Positions 1 to 10,041 of a stretch of 64,000 bases of DNA are shown here, piece by piece (position 1 is the first letter of the stretch; every line of letters begins with the position of its first letter). Location: contig CAVUZH010000003.1 in assembly GCA_963745835.1 (NCBI GenBank), positions 1,056,001-1,120,000 on the forward strand, read 5' to 3'. The translations under genes and the position numbers were made by a program. The DNA comes from an uncultured delta proteobacterium. GTDB lineage: Bacteria > Desulfobacterota > Binatia > UBA9968. The notes beneath the pieces are model-generated. The model had not been told where the DNA came from. It saw nothing but the letters and a program-made list of their open reading frames with translations, and did no database searches.

Positions 1-830
1 TTGCCGGTGTTCCGTGGCTTAGATGAATGGTGGCAAAAGTGTGTCTGAGATCGTGAACCTGGATGATCTTGAGATCTGCCTTCCTCATGGCTGCATTGGA
101 GATATTCCAGGTCGATTTACGGTGTAAGGGCTTACTATCAGCCTGGCAGAAAACCAGCTTCCAGGGCGCTTTGGGGCTTGCCAGCTTCCATTTTCGTAAC
201 TGATGAACCAACTCAGCAGAGATCGGGATGAACCGCCGAGAGCTTTTCGTCTTCGGCTTTTCTATAATGGGTGATCCATCTTCCTTGATACCTGAGAGGC
301 TCTGTCCAACGAAGATCTCTTCCTTCTCGAAATTGATGTGTGACCCATTTCAGGCCAAGCAGCTCGCCATGTCTCAGGCCGGTGAAGCATAAGCTCTGAA
401 GGATGGTCTTCTCTAAGAGTCCATCGGCGGCATCAATTAACCTCCTGACATTCTCTGGGCTGTAAACCTGGGAAGGGCTTACAACTCCATCCTCTTTATC
501 GAGCGGCTGCTTTACTGCCAGTCCGCTGACCTGAGCGAACGGGTTTGAATGGATCGACCGCCCGACCAAGTGGTCCGCCAATACTCCAGGGTGCTCACCT
601 TTCGCTCACCGCCACGCTTGCTCTCAGCAACCTTCTTCTCTTCGAACCAGGTTTTGCAGGCTTCGTTGACAGGTGGAACCTTGGCCGGTGCAACATAAGC
701 TTTGTTTCGAACAGCACAGGCGGACTTCGTCAAGGAACTTATCTGCATCCTTGTTTCTCTCAAAGGATTGTCGGCGAAGCTTCTTGTCTTGGTCTCGGAA
801 CAATACTTGCCATTTTGCCGGATGGTAGTT
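1..830 (-). pseudogene. Tyrosine recombinase/integrase, multiply frameshifted, runs off left edge
   Basis: Box I TGLRHGELLGLKW lies in ORF 213-581. Box II VHDLRHTFATIHLSHG was read manually on the minus strand at about 2-58 in another frame. An N-terminal part (EACKTWFEEKK...KVSTLEYWR) is in ORF 512-1006. Confidence 0.85.
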
Positions 831-884
831 GTTTTGGATTCATCGAAATCTTTCCCTTCACTAATATATATCAAACTCCAATTT

Positions 885-1031
885 TTTAGCGAGCCTTTTT
901 TCTTACGTTCCAAGAACTGATCGATTGCTCGCCTGATCAATTCTGCAACACTCAAATCTTCCTTCTTTGAAAGCCTTTTCAGATCTTCAATCTGCCGATC
1001 ACTCAAGAAAATATTTGTTCGCTCATTTCAT
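885..1031 (-). pseudogene. CopG/ribbon-helix-helix DNA-binding protein with a frameshifted start
   Basis: RTNIFLSDRQIEDLKRLSKKEDLSVAELIRRAIDQFL is a typical RHH. The nearest ATGs (1026, 1031) are out of frame. Confidence 0.7.
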
Positions 1032-1299
1032 CTCGTTTCTTACAGCGTGTGTCGACCATACGCACCGCAAGGCATAGAAGTCCACATGATACGAATGGAA
1101 GTTTATCTTAAGGGCTGAAGATAAATCTGATGACTACATATAGATCTCCCAGGAAAACAACTCCGACTACTACATAATGTGGTCGACAAAAAGAGGCGCA
1201 TTTTGTTGCACAGTTTGCTCGTTAAATCAATTACTTGTATTTACTTTCTTCTATTTTCAATACATTATCGATTTCGTGGAGATAGAGAATTCAAATCCA

Positions 1300-1552
1300 A
1301 TGGTCGTAATGTTTCGACCTATCATAGAGTCTCTCAGAGATGAGATTCTTGCAGGACTACGAGTACCTGCCAGTGAGCCAGCTCTGTCAGTTGAACAGAT
1401 CGCGGCGAGGCTTAACGTCGATTCACAACATATATACCGGTTGGTTAGATTTAGAAGACTTCGCTTTCATCGAAATCGAAAATTCTAAAATTCTACGAGT
1501 CGAAAGTGAGGGCGGCTACGAGACAGTAAATGAATGTGTCTTTTTTGAGTAG
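1300..1552 (+). pseudogene. Excisionase-like HTH protein, probably frameshifted
   Basis: LSVEQIAARLNVDSQHIYRLVR; divergent from the integrase; plausible continuation in the frame of ORF 1340-1552. Confidence 0.5.
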
Positions 1553-1605
1553 AACATTTGGAATTGCTAAATACTTCGAGATACTACTTCAAAGGAGAAC
1601 ATTTT

Positions 1606-1911
1606 ATGCGAAACAACATAGCACGGAGAAGGGACCCGCTGAGCAGTCACCTTGCCGCTGATGCCATCACCAAGTCAAATGTTAGATACACTCAAAGGAA
1701 AATGATCCTGGCTGTTCTGTGCAATGCCGGTGGCTATACCAGCGCGGAGCTGGCAAGGATGTGTGGCGAGGATGGATATATATTTGCACGGCGGTAGCCA
1801 GAATTGCGGAGAGAGAAGCTGGCACGGAGTGATCTCGAAAGAATGTGTCGACTTAGCGGGCGCATAGCATTGGGCTGGTATATAGAACCAAAAGCGTCAT
1901 TCGGCGGTTAG
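1606..1911 (+). pseudogene. Phage-type winged-helix protein with internal TAG at 1795-1797
   Basis: RBS AAGGAG. Reads ARRRDPLSSHLAA...TSAELAR...RR*PELRR...RMCRLSGR..W, and the frame continues to TAG at 1909-1911. Confidence 0.6.
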
Positions 1912-2243
1912 AGATTAACCATCAACGAGAGAGGAGAATTTCAATGCGCGACTTAACCGTAAACGAACTGAACACTTTCAGGACTATCAATTTGGGCACT
2001 TTACAAAGCAGTCCAACAATTTCGTGTTCCTCCCGTAAGGCGAGGTAAGAGAATATACTTCCAGGTTGCTGAAATCGCGACGCTTATTAAGGGCCGGCGA
2101 AACGCTTGAAGGAGATAATTTAGTTTTCTCGTGGGGTGGTTGAGATGGGAGATCGGTCCAGGTCCCGGATCGGTCGCCCGTCGCGTAAAACAATAATTCA
2201 AAAAAACATGGCTGAAGTTTAGATTTTGGTACTAAATAGTTTC

Positions 2244-2432
2244 ATGGAACCGAAAAGAAATTGCAGAAACTGCGGCGGAGAACACGAGATCTTCTATTTC
2301 GTGATGAGAAATAATCTGCATCACCTTGTGTTGATTTGCCAGTCTAGTTGGATCTACCTGCCATGTGAAGATGGTCTGGATATTCCAACACTGTTTGCCA
2401 AAAACTACAAACTAGAGAACGAAAACGTTTAA
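2244..2432 (+). CDS. Small Cys-rich hypothetical protein
   Basis: CRNC plus further Cys/His residues; mobile-element context. Confidence 0.35.
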   Translation: MEPKRNCRNCGGEHEIFYFVMRNNLHHLVLICQSSWIYLPCEDGLDIPTLFAKNYKLENENV

Positions 2433-2509
2433 TTTATTGAGTTTGTAAATGAAGCTAAATAATCAGGGCACCGGTGATATTATGCGCGCAAGAAATTATC
2501 TTTCTGCCC

Positions 2510-2564
2510 CGGAGGGTGGGGTTGGCCTGGTAACCCAACCCCCGTAAGGACCGGCCGCCCTCCG
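2510..2564 (+). ncRNA. Compact structured RNA candidate (three-way junction; reminiscent of the Acido-Lenti-1 motif)
   Basis: P1 is CGGAGGGUGG/CCGCCCUCCG. Inner stem GGUUGG/CCAACC closes loop CCUGGUAAC. A short CC-GUAA-GG GNRA hairpin follows. Family resemblance is from memory only. Confidence 0.4.
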
Positions 2565-2619
2565 CGCGAAGTATCCTCGGAGTTACTGTGGTGGGATTCA
2601 GGATGCGCTGACACCCCGC

Positions 2620-2705
2620 CTACTCGTCCAGCAGCTTCTGCTTGAACTCCGCATCCGTGATGACGCCATTCTCTATCAGCAGCTTTGCCAATGCCTCAAT
2701 ATCGC
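2620..2705 (-). pseudogene. 3' fragment of a small hypothetical protein
   Basis: Minus strand reads DIEALAKLLIENGVITDAEFKQKLLDE* with no start; it abuts the MBOAT cassette. Confidence 0.4.
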
Positions 2706-2742
2706 TAGAGTGAACAACCTGTGCCGATGTTTCAGTGTTTGT

Positions 2743-3783
2743 TCATATGTCTGATCCAATTTCAAGGTCATGAACGTGTTCGCCAAGCGATTTTCGGAGT
2801 GTCTTAATAAGGTGGCTTGTGCGGATTTGCTTACCCGCAAGAGTCAGGTGGTACTCGTGATCGAACATGTAATCTGCCGTAAAGCTCATTTCATCCGGCG
2901 TATCTAAAATAGGGAAATGGAGCCGTTTAGTGAGATGTAAAGAAATGTCATGAATCATTTCTGTGTAAGCTTGCAACTGTCCTAGAAAAAGCGGGGGATA
3001 GGAATAAAAAACTAAAATCCCCGCGTTTCGACAGTGGTCGTTAAATTCGTTCAGGCGATCAATCGTTCGAGCAATACTCTCCGGAGTGGGCGGGGTAAAT
3101 TGTCTGATAGTAATTTCTCTGCGTCTCAGGTTGTGGTGTCGGGTGATATCGCCGTACTTATTGAATGCACTACGTAGATATGGATTGTTTAGCTCTTGCT
3201 CGCTGCTCACACCCTCAATTACAAAACGTATGGCAGCTCTTGTGATATCACCGAACACCAACAAACCTTGATCTAATAACAGTGCAAAGTGTCTATAACT
3301 GAAAAACTGAATTGACGTCGGATAATTTGCTGCCTCGAAAAATAAACTAGTTACCTTGCCCGGATACATATCAACGAATTGTTCATATTCGGGAGAAACA
3401 ACGACAACATCTCCCCGTTCGAGCAATGGTTCAATCTCTCGTAGCATGAAGTCCAGACCCAGGCTTAAGTCCAATCCCATGTTTACTGTATTATAGCCTA
3501 AGGATCGCTCAATCGCCGCGGAGTCGAGCCCGAACGCTAGATTGGAACCGCCGACAAACACAATACGAGGAGAAGGCTGCTGTGCAAGCCTATTGTGTTT
3601 ATCGATTGTAGCTGCGGCATATCTTTTGCCAAATCCAGCCGGGTTTGTGGTTTCGTATCTGACGTATAGAGCCACTACTCCTGTCCAGATAACGCCTTGG
3701 ACAAGCATGAAGAGCAGCATTTTTCGAGCAAATAATTGCATGTCCGGCACGCGAGGGTTAGTCATAGGACAAGACTTCTGCAA
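2743..3783 (-). CDS. Membrane-anchored SGNH-like (DltD/AlgJ-type) acyl-transfer partner
   Basis: N-terminal TM; FVGGSN block I; C-terminal FDHEYHL (DxxxH); immediately downstream of the MBOAT gene. Confidence 0.7.
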   Translation of the reverse strand: MQKSCPMTNPRVPDMQLFARKMLLFMLVQGVIWTGVVALYVRYETTNPAGFGKRYAAATIDKHNRLAQQPSPRIVFVGGSNLAFGLDSAAIERSLGYNTVNMGLDLSLGLDFMLREIEPLLERGDVVVVSPEYEQFVDMYPGKVTSLFFEAANYPTSIQFFSYRHFALLLDQGLLVFGDITRAAIRFVIEGVSSEQELNNPYLRSAFNKYGDITRHHNLRRREITIRQFTPPTPESIARTIDRLNEFNDHCRNAGILVFYSYPPLFLGQLQAYTEMIHDISLHLTKRLHFPILDTPDEMSFTADYMFDHEYHLTLAGKQIRTSHLIKTLRKSLGEHVHDLEIGSDI

Positions 3784-5247
3784 TCAGAATTGAAAGTAGA
3801 TAAACTGTACCGGGCTATGTGTCCCCCAATAAATCACCGCCCAAAACAAGCCGGTATAGGCGATCCATCGGGCCGACACAGGGCACCCGCTTAGCCTCAG
3901 TGGATGAGGATGCGCTCTTTGCCACCACTCCATGCATAGTACAGCAGCCAGGATGAGAAACACTTTGCCCCCGATGGGAGAAATACCGCGGAGAACATTC
4001 GCAGAGCCGTAGGTTGAAAGATTGAAGGTGTCGACCGCTATTTTCCTAAAAATGGTAAGCGCTTCTTGAAGGCTATGGGCACGGAAAAAAATCCATAGTG
4101 CACAAGTCAGAGTAAAAGTTCTAAAGATCCGTAGCAATGTGACAAACCTAGGCAGACGACGGCCTCCTCCGGGAATTTCCGTCGCTCTAAGGGTAGTCTT
4201 GGTTGGTTGCAATGCTTCGGGAATCAGCGTGATACCGTTCAGCCCGCCCCAGAGAAGGAAATTCCAAGCTGCCCCGTGCCAAAATCCACTCAGTAAAAAG
4301 GTGGTTAGAACATTCCTAGCTCGGCAAAAAGGGGAGACACGCCCTCCTCCCATCGAGATGTACACGTAGTCGCGAAACCAAGTTGAAAGCGAGATATGCC
4401 ATCTGCGCCAGAACTCGCTCATCGTTTGAGAGAAGTATGGGTAAGCAAAATTGCGCATGAGATCGAAGCCAAAGAGCTTAGCCGTCCCAATGGCAATGTC
4501 AGAATATGCAGAAAAATCACAATAGATTTGGAATGCAAAACAGACGGTTGCGGCCGCGAGTTGCGGCCCTGTCATCGACGCTGGATCAGCATATATCTTG
4601 TCGACGATTGCGGCGAGATTGTCTGCCAGAACCATTTTTTTAAAGAACCCCCAGAGGATTTGTTGACACCCGTCAACTGCCTGCGAATAAACAAATCGTC
4701 TCGGTACCAGAAACTGCGGCAGTAGATGAGCAGCGCGCATAATAGGCCCTGCTACAAGGTGCGGGAAAAATGAGATGAACGCCAAGTATTCGATCGGATG
4801 GCGAGTGGGAACCATCTTGCCGCGATAGATGTCAATGGTGTAGCTCATCGCCTGAAAAGTGTAGAAGCTGATTCCTGCGGGCAGCAGGATCCGCAGCGTC
4901 ACCGGGTGCACCTGCCATCCTAAGGAGGCTGCAAGGACTTGAAAGTTATCTTCGAAGAAATTGAAGTACTTGAAAAACCCGAGCACACCCAGATTGCAGG
5001 CGATATTCAGAATCAGTAGACAACGGCGCCGCCGAAGCTCTGTTGTTCGATATATCAATAAGCCAACGCCATAATCCAAAATGCTGGTGCCAAACATGAG
5101 TATGCAGAATCGGTAATCCCACCATCCGTAAAAAAAGTAACTGACACAAAGCAACAAAACATTTTGGTGAAAGCGGCTCTTAAAACTCCAATATGCAATA
5201 AATACGAAACCGAGGAAGATAACGAAGGTGAGGCTAGTAAACGTCAT
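3784..5247 (-). CDS. MBOAT family O-acyltransferase (AlgI/DltB-like)
   Basis: GISFYTFQ, FFPHLVAGPI, DFSAYSDIAIG, EFWRRWHISLSTWFRDYVYI, SGFWHGA, C-terminal FIYFQF. Confidence 0.95.
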   Translation of the reverse strand: MTFTSLTFVIFLGFVFIAYWSFKSRFHQNVLLLCVSYFFYGWWDYRFCILMFGTSILDYGVGLLIYRTTELRRRRCLLILNIACNLGVLGFFKYFNFFEDNFQVLAASLGWQVHPVTLRILLPAGISFYTFQAMSYTIDIYRGKMVPTRHPIEYLAFISFFPHLVAGPIMRAAHLLPQFLVPRRFVYSQAVDGCQQILWGFFKKMVLADNLAAIVDKIYADPASMTGPQLAAATVCFAFQIYCDFSAYSDIAIGTAKLFGFDLMRNFAYPYFSQTMSEFWRRWHISLSTWFRDYVYISMGGGRVSPFCRARNVLTTFLLSGFWHGAAWNFLLWGGLNGITLIPEALQPTKTTLRATEIPGGGRRLPRFVTLLRIFRTFTLTCALWIFFRAHSLQEALTIFRKIAVDTFNLSTYGSANVLRGISPIGGKVFLILAAVLCMEWWQRAHPHPLRLSGCPVSARWIAYTGLFWAVIYWGTHSPVQFIYFQF

Positions 5248-5783
5248 AGACGCTTTCCTAAACGTTCCAGCAGTTTACTTCATGCAAAGATGTTCAAGGA
5301 ACTGTCCTTCTTGAGAGCACACTGTAGCACGCGTGAAAAAAAGCGCCGGATCACCCGACGCCCTCCGCACCCCAGCCCCAACTAGTACCATCATCTGATT
5401 GCCTCCGTGGTATAAAAAGGACAGCAATCGTAGCACAATAATTGTCCTGGTCAAGGACCAAGGGGCCGAACCTTTCGATCCGAGCCTTCAGGGATTGGGC
5501 GTCGCCACGCAGTGTCTTTGACCGGGCTGGCAAAAGATTGTATTTACCCGCCGCAACAAGGGCGCGTTAGTAGCATAGTAGGTATGGTGATCGGCACGTA
5601 CTTGTTTGGCATGCTGGAAGCTGCGAACAAGATCCGCGCGCTCAACCGATGTTAGTAGGCAATAGTGTTGATCGTGCACACGCGAGCCGCATTTTTCATG
5701 GAGCGGGTGAAAGGAAATATTATCGCTATGTGTCGCGGTATGGATACGGACCGGGAGCAGACGGAAAGCAAGCTGCTTTGATG

Positions 5784-6342
5784 CTATGTGCTACTTCCCT
5801 TTCGTTGCTTATAGAAATGCACCCACATGTCGTATATTTCCACCAATGTAAGTGTTTCAAGTTTCTGCGTGCCGACCGATCCAGTATAAGAAACCCTCAA
5901 TGTCTCACCAGTTCTAGAGATTTTCTGTAGCTCGCACTTCTTTTGATCAACGTACCAGCCCACGGTCCGTAAGACCTGTGGTAAGCTATGAGACAGTGGG
6001 CTGCGCTCCCAATCTGATCGAAGCGCCTGCCCCTCTCGTTCGAGTTTATCGATGTCGGCTTGCGTAAAGTCCAGCCGCAGTAGGCGAGAAGGGGCGGGGA
6101 CTTTTACGGCGGGCGTTGCGGATTGCGCGGCTGTTGACATCTTGCAGATGTCTAGGAAGGCTTTCTTAAACGCTTGCAGCTTTGTAACGGGCAACTTCTT
6201 CAGATTTTTTTCGCGTCGGAATCCCTCGAATTGAAAAAGCATTTCCAGCTACTTCTAAATCGAACGCTTCCAACGATAGCGACTCAAGGCCCTGTCCTAT
6301 AGCTCTAAGAGTGTGCTCATAACAAATCGCAGACTGCCTCAT
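5784..6342 (-). pseudogene. Hypothetical protein split by a frameshift near an A7 run (about 6205-6211)
   Basis: N-terminal half (MRQSAICYEHTLRAIGQGLE) is in ORF 6166-6378; C-terminal half (SLPQVLRTVGWYVD) is in ORF 5784-6242. The LRxxG motif appears in both halves. Confidence 0.55.
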
Positions 6343-7359
6343 GAGAGTGCCGTAATTGCATGGCGTATGCCGATCCAATGCGCTCAGTTAATACGGAACC
6401 TCTCCATTTTTCTTACGGGATCACGGCAAGCATACCCGATAGGCGTATTTGTTGTGATTGAGCAGACAAAAATTGCCGCCGGGTCGATTTGCTGATCCCG
6501 CACCTAACGACGCCTCTCGAGCGATTCGCGCAAGCTGCTCACAGAAGGACTTTGACAAATCGGAACTGTTGGTCGAACAATGCGATCTCAGAGTTTGTAA
6601 GTCCAAGAATAAAGTTTTTTTAGCCACGGCCATCGCATAGCCAGGAAAACCGTCACGAGTGATAGAAATCGAAAGTGGAGCGTCCTAGTATTTCTCTGAT
6701 TATCTCAATGCTTGGATTACCTCGACACAAGCTCGTAAGGACAGCATAACTCCATCAACGTGGGTCACTAGAGCACAGGGCATGCCCCACCGCTAATTGT
6801 TATGACCTGGTTAGAAATACCTGCTCATCGAATGCTTGAGATTGAGAAAGTAACTATCTACGAGCTCGATATGCAGGAGAAGCTGGAACAACACTGTACC
6901 GGCAGCAGCAACCTATCTATTCCCGTAAGAGAGCTGGCAGGAGATTCACGTTCGCTCGATTCGGTAACTTCTAGCCCAGTGTCGGACTAATAGTGCTTAT
7001 CTATAGGAGATTTGAATGATCAGCGTACTGGGCATGAACACCTTCGGGAACGTGATCTTCCATTCCTTTGTTCAGCATAATCCCGTCGCAGGAAGCTGTG
7101 GGAACATTTGTCGCCCGCGAGCCTCAGATTTTGAATTCTTTAGGCCTCTGTCGGCATCCACATGACAGCGAGTTGGTAAGCTAAAATAACACAAGCCTAA
7201 ATACGCCAAGAGATTTGCTGATTAGCCTCGTAACTGCTAAGTAAAAACAATAGGTAATAAAATAGATAGATGGTGGGATTCTTAATCCTCGAACGGCAAG
7301 TTTTAATCTTGCCGGGAGTCTTGCTGTGAAATTCGAAATGGTTAACGGGAGAATCGCTA

Positions 7360-8127
7360 ATGAAAGTTTCTAGCGCAGAGTTTGTTAAAGAGATTCAGCA
7401 GATGGTGCGTAAAAAACATTCAAAGGATCACCCCATTATCCGCATGATCGAGGAAGGAAAATTAGATCACGAGCAGCTTAAAGGATTTGTTGGTCAGTTC
7501 TATCTGTTTTTTCCAAAACCTTTTCCTAAGCCTATAGCCGCCATGCTCAGCCGCTGTCCAGACGACCCGGAACTCGAAAAGATGTGGATCGAAAACGTTG
7601 TCGAAGAAGGAACGGGGGAGATCACCGGCACGGACAGTCACAAGGGACTCTTCATTCAATTTGCTCAATCGTGCGGCTTTACCAAAGAAGAGTTAGACAA
7701 GGTAGAGCCGCTTCCGGAAAGCCAAGCCTTCCTTGATTGGCGCGAGCTTTTAATGTACCAGCGCAGCTGGCTGGAGTTGTATGCGTGCCAGGGTTTTTGC
7801 CTCGAAGGTACGGCAAACGAACGCATGACAAAGATTGTCAATGGACTTACAAAGCATTATGGATTCACGCGGGATTCTGAAACTATTCGGTACTGGACCC
7901 TCCATATGGGTGTTGATGAAGAACATATGAAAGTCGGGCCGTTGGCTGTGGAGAGGTATGCGATTACTGAACCTCAGCAGGCCCAGGTGCGGAGCTCAGT
8001 GCAAAAGACTCTGGATCAGTTCTGGCTTGCTTTTGATGGAATCAAACGCGCGTTCGTCGATAAAGATGACATTTACGCCAAGTGGAGAAATTCAGACAGC
8101 AATCAACATCAAAATAGAAGGGGATGA
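7360..8127 (+). CDS. Heme-oxygenase-like diiron protein (PqqC/CADD/TenA superfamily)
   Basis: HP near the N-terminus; ENVVEE...SH, CLEG and LHMGVDEEH metal-ligand pattern. Confidence 0.85.
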   Translation: MKVSSAEFVKEIQQMVRKKHSKDHPIIRMIEEGKLDHEQLKGFVGQFYLFFPKPFPKPIAAMLSRCPDDPELEKMWIENVVEEGTGEITGTDSHKGLFIQFAQSCGFTKEELDKVEPLPESQAFLDWRELLMYQRSWLELYACQGFCLEGTANERMTKIVNGLTKHYGFTRDSETIRYWTLHMGVDEEHMKVGPLAVERYAITEPQQAQVRSSVQKTLDQFWLAFDGIKRAFVDKDDIYAKWRNSDSNQHQNRRG

Positions 8128-8130
8128 TTC

Positions 8131-8784
8131 ATGGAGATGGTTGATCTTTCGCGAATTATTTACGACGGTATGCCCAAAATCCCGGCTCTGCCGGATGTTC
8201 ATGTGCAGAAGTTTTTTAGTCTCGAAAAGGGCCATCCTTTGAATGTGACGGAGCTGTCGTTGCCATGTCATGCCGGCACTCACGTTGACGCGCCAATTCA
8301 TATAGTGCCAAACGGCAAGTCAATAGAAGAACTTCCGCTGGATTCTTTTGTCGGCAACGGAACGATCATCGCTGTACGAAAGAACGGCGGAGAAGAAGTA
8401 ACCGCAAAGGATCTCCAAGCGTCAGGTGTTGAGGTGAAGCAGGACGATATCGTGATGCTCTATACCGGGTGGGACGAGAAGTTCGATAGTCCTGATTATA
8501 ATCTTCATCCTTATCTCTCGGTAGATGCCGCCAACTGGATGGTTGAGAAGAAGATAAAGATGTTTGGGATCGACTGCATCACCGTTGACCTGCCGACACC
8601 GCTTAGACCCAAAGGATTTGATTTCCCCGTGCACAAAGCTCTTCTGAGTAACAACATCTTAATCGCCGAGAATGTGACAAATCTTGGACCTATCGTTGGC
8701 AAGAGGTGCCGAATCCTGGCCTTTCCTCTTCGGATCAGAGGCAGCGATGCGGGACATGCTCGAATCGTCGCCGAATTAAGTTAG
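8131..8784 (+). CDS. Cyclase family metallohydrolase (kynurenine formamidase-like)
   Basis: HAGTHVDAPIH, GID, VHKALL, IAEN, GSDA motifs. Confidence 0.92.
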   Translation: MEMVDLSRIIYDGMPKIPALPDVHVQKFFSLEKGHPLNVTELSLPCHAGTHVDAPIHIVPNGKSIEELPLDSFVGNGTIIAVRKNGGEEVTAKDLQASGVEVKQDDIVMLYTGWDEKFDSPDYNLHPYLSVDAANWMVEKKIKMFGIDCITVDLPTPLRPKGFDFPVHKALLSNNILIAENVTNLGPIVGKRCRILAFPLRIRGSDAGHARIVAELS

Positions 8785-8800
8785 CGATAAGTAAAACCAT

Positions 8801-9769
8801 ATGGCTTCACCGCAAATTATCAAAGGGATTATCGGCGCTTGTCTGACGCCGTTCGACGATAACGATCATATAGATTATGCGGCGTTAGAGAAGGAAATGG
8901 ATTTTCTTCTTGGCGATTGTGACGCCGTAACAATTGCCGCTGTGGAAGCCGCCGAGTACACCATGCTCAGCCGCGAAGAGCGAAAAGAGCTTCTAAAAGT
9001 CGGCACGCAGATGGTCAACAAGCGCGTGCCGGTAATCATTGGCTGTTCCAGTCCGTCACCTCGGGAAGTAATCGACCTGGCCGAGTATGCAGCCACGATT
9101 GGCGGCGATTTTGTTCAAGTGCTGATGCCGCTCCGCCCGTGGGGAGGTCAACCGACCATAGCGGAGTTGATGGAATTTTATACACAAGTCGCATCGACAA
9201 GTCCCTTGCCGGTGGTTTGTTATCATAATCCTGGACCGGGCGCCGATCCGCCACAGGATGCGTTCGTCAAGATCAGCGAAATTGACAACATCCGATATTT
9301 CAAGGAAAGCTCGAGAGATATCACGAAGATCTCCAGATTGATTGAACAGATCGAACTTGCTGGTCGGGGTCATTACTTCACCACCATGCAGCCACTGCTA
9401 GTCACTTTGATGCTCGGCGGCTCCGGCGCCACTATGCCTCCACCTGGAACCCGCATCGGGGCGCAAATTGTGAAAGCGTTTCGAGCAAACGATCTTGAAA
9501 GCGCTCGGTTTTGGGCGCGCTGCTACGCATTATTTCCCGGAAAATGGGCCGCTTACGGTTTGCCGCCGGTGATGAAATCTGCCATGAAACACTTCGGCGT
9601 GGATATCGGCAATCCTTCACGGCCCTATGCTCCGGTGAGCCCCCGCGATCATGCCCAAATCGGCCAGTTTCTCCGCCAGGTTGGGTTAATTGGTGAAGCC
9701 CCACCGAATCCGAAAGCTTTGATAGACGCCGCTAATTTCCTTGCTCAGGAAGATACCTTTCTCCGTTAG
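8801..9769 (+). CDS. Divergent DapA/NAL-like class I aldolase
   Basis: LTPFD, CYHN and FKESS (Schiff-base Lys); the canonical GTTGE is replaced by AVEAAE. Confidence 0.88.
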   Translation: MASPQIIKGIIGACLTPFDDNDHIDYAALEKEMDFLLGDCDAVTIAAVEAAEYTMLSREERKELLKVGTQMVNKRVPVIIGCSSPSPREVIDLAEYAATIGGDFVQVLMPLRPWGGQPTIAELMEFYTQVASTSPLPVVCYHNPGPGADPPQDAFVKISEIDNIRYFKESSRDITKISRLIEQIELAGRGHYFTTMQPLLVTLMLGGSGATMPPPGTRIGAQIVKAFRANDLESARFWARCYALFPGKWAAYGLPPVMKSAMKHFGVDIGNPSRPYAPVSPRDHAQIGQFLRQVGLIGEAPPNPKALIDAANFLAQEDTFLR

Positions 9770-9837
9770 CTTGACGATGGATACTCGCTAGGAGCAATCG
9801 TCTCGCAAATATCCGCGCATAATTTTGTTGGAGTTGT

Positions 9838-10041
9838 ATGGAATGGATTAAAGATCTTTCCGATAAACTGGTTATTTGGTTTCTCCGCAAAACTTCCTCG
9901 TTCGGTAAAGAGCTTACCGGCGCAGGTCGAGCAGAGCAGCTCCTGTGGCGAGAGCAGCGCTTGCGGAATCTAAAAGGTCTCGCAATGCGCTACCAGCAAC
10001 GCCACGGTGAAAAAAAACTTCGGAATAGGTTTCCAGTCTAA
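9838..10041 (+). CDS. Small basic hypothetical protein coupled to the SQR-like gene
   Basis: GGAG RBS; TAATG overlap with the next gene. Confidence 0.55.
   Translation: MEWIKDLSDKLVIWFLRKTSSFGKELTGAGRAEQLLWREQRLRNLKGLAMRYQQRHGEKKLRNRFPV

Noticed and set aside
1160-1190. Second dif-like half site (TACATAA)
   Set aside because: Only 7 matching bases and no XerC arm at the correct spacing.
1795-1797. In-frame TAG as pyrrolysine or programmed read-through
   Set aside because: It falls where Leu (TTG) is expected and neighbouring genes are also broken; a nonsense mutation is simpler.
2556-5368. 10-bp direct repeat CGCCCTCCGC (2556, 5359) flanking the MBOAT cassette
   Set aside because: Short and GC-rich, plausible by chance, and it does not match the apparent truncation point near 2705.
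6400-7250. Short ORFs in the AT-rich gap
   Set aside because: No RBS or motif support; probably degraded DNA.
7360-8127. Annotation as pqqC or thiaminase tenA
   Set aside because: No pqq or thi genes are nearby, and the ligand pattern fits diiron CADD-like proteins.
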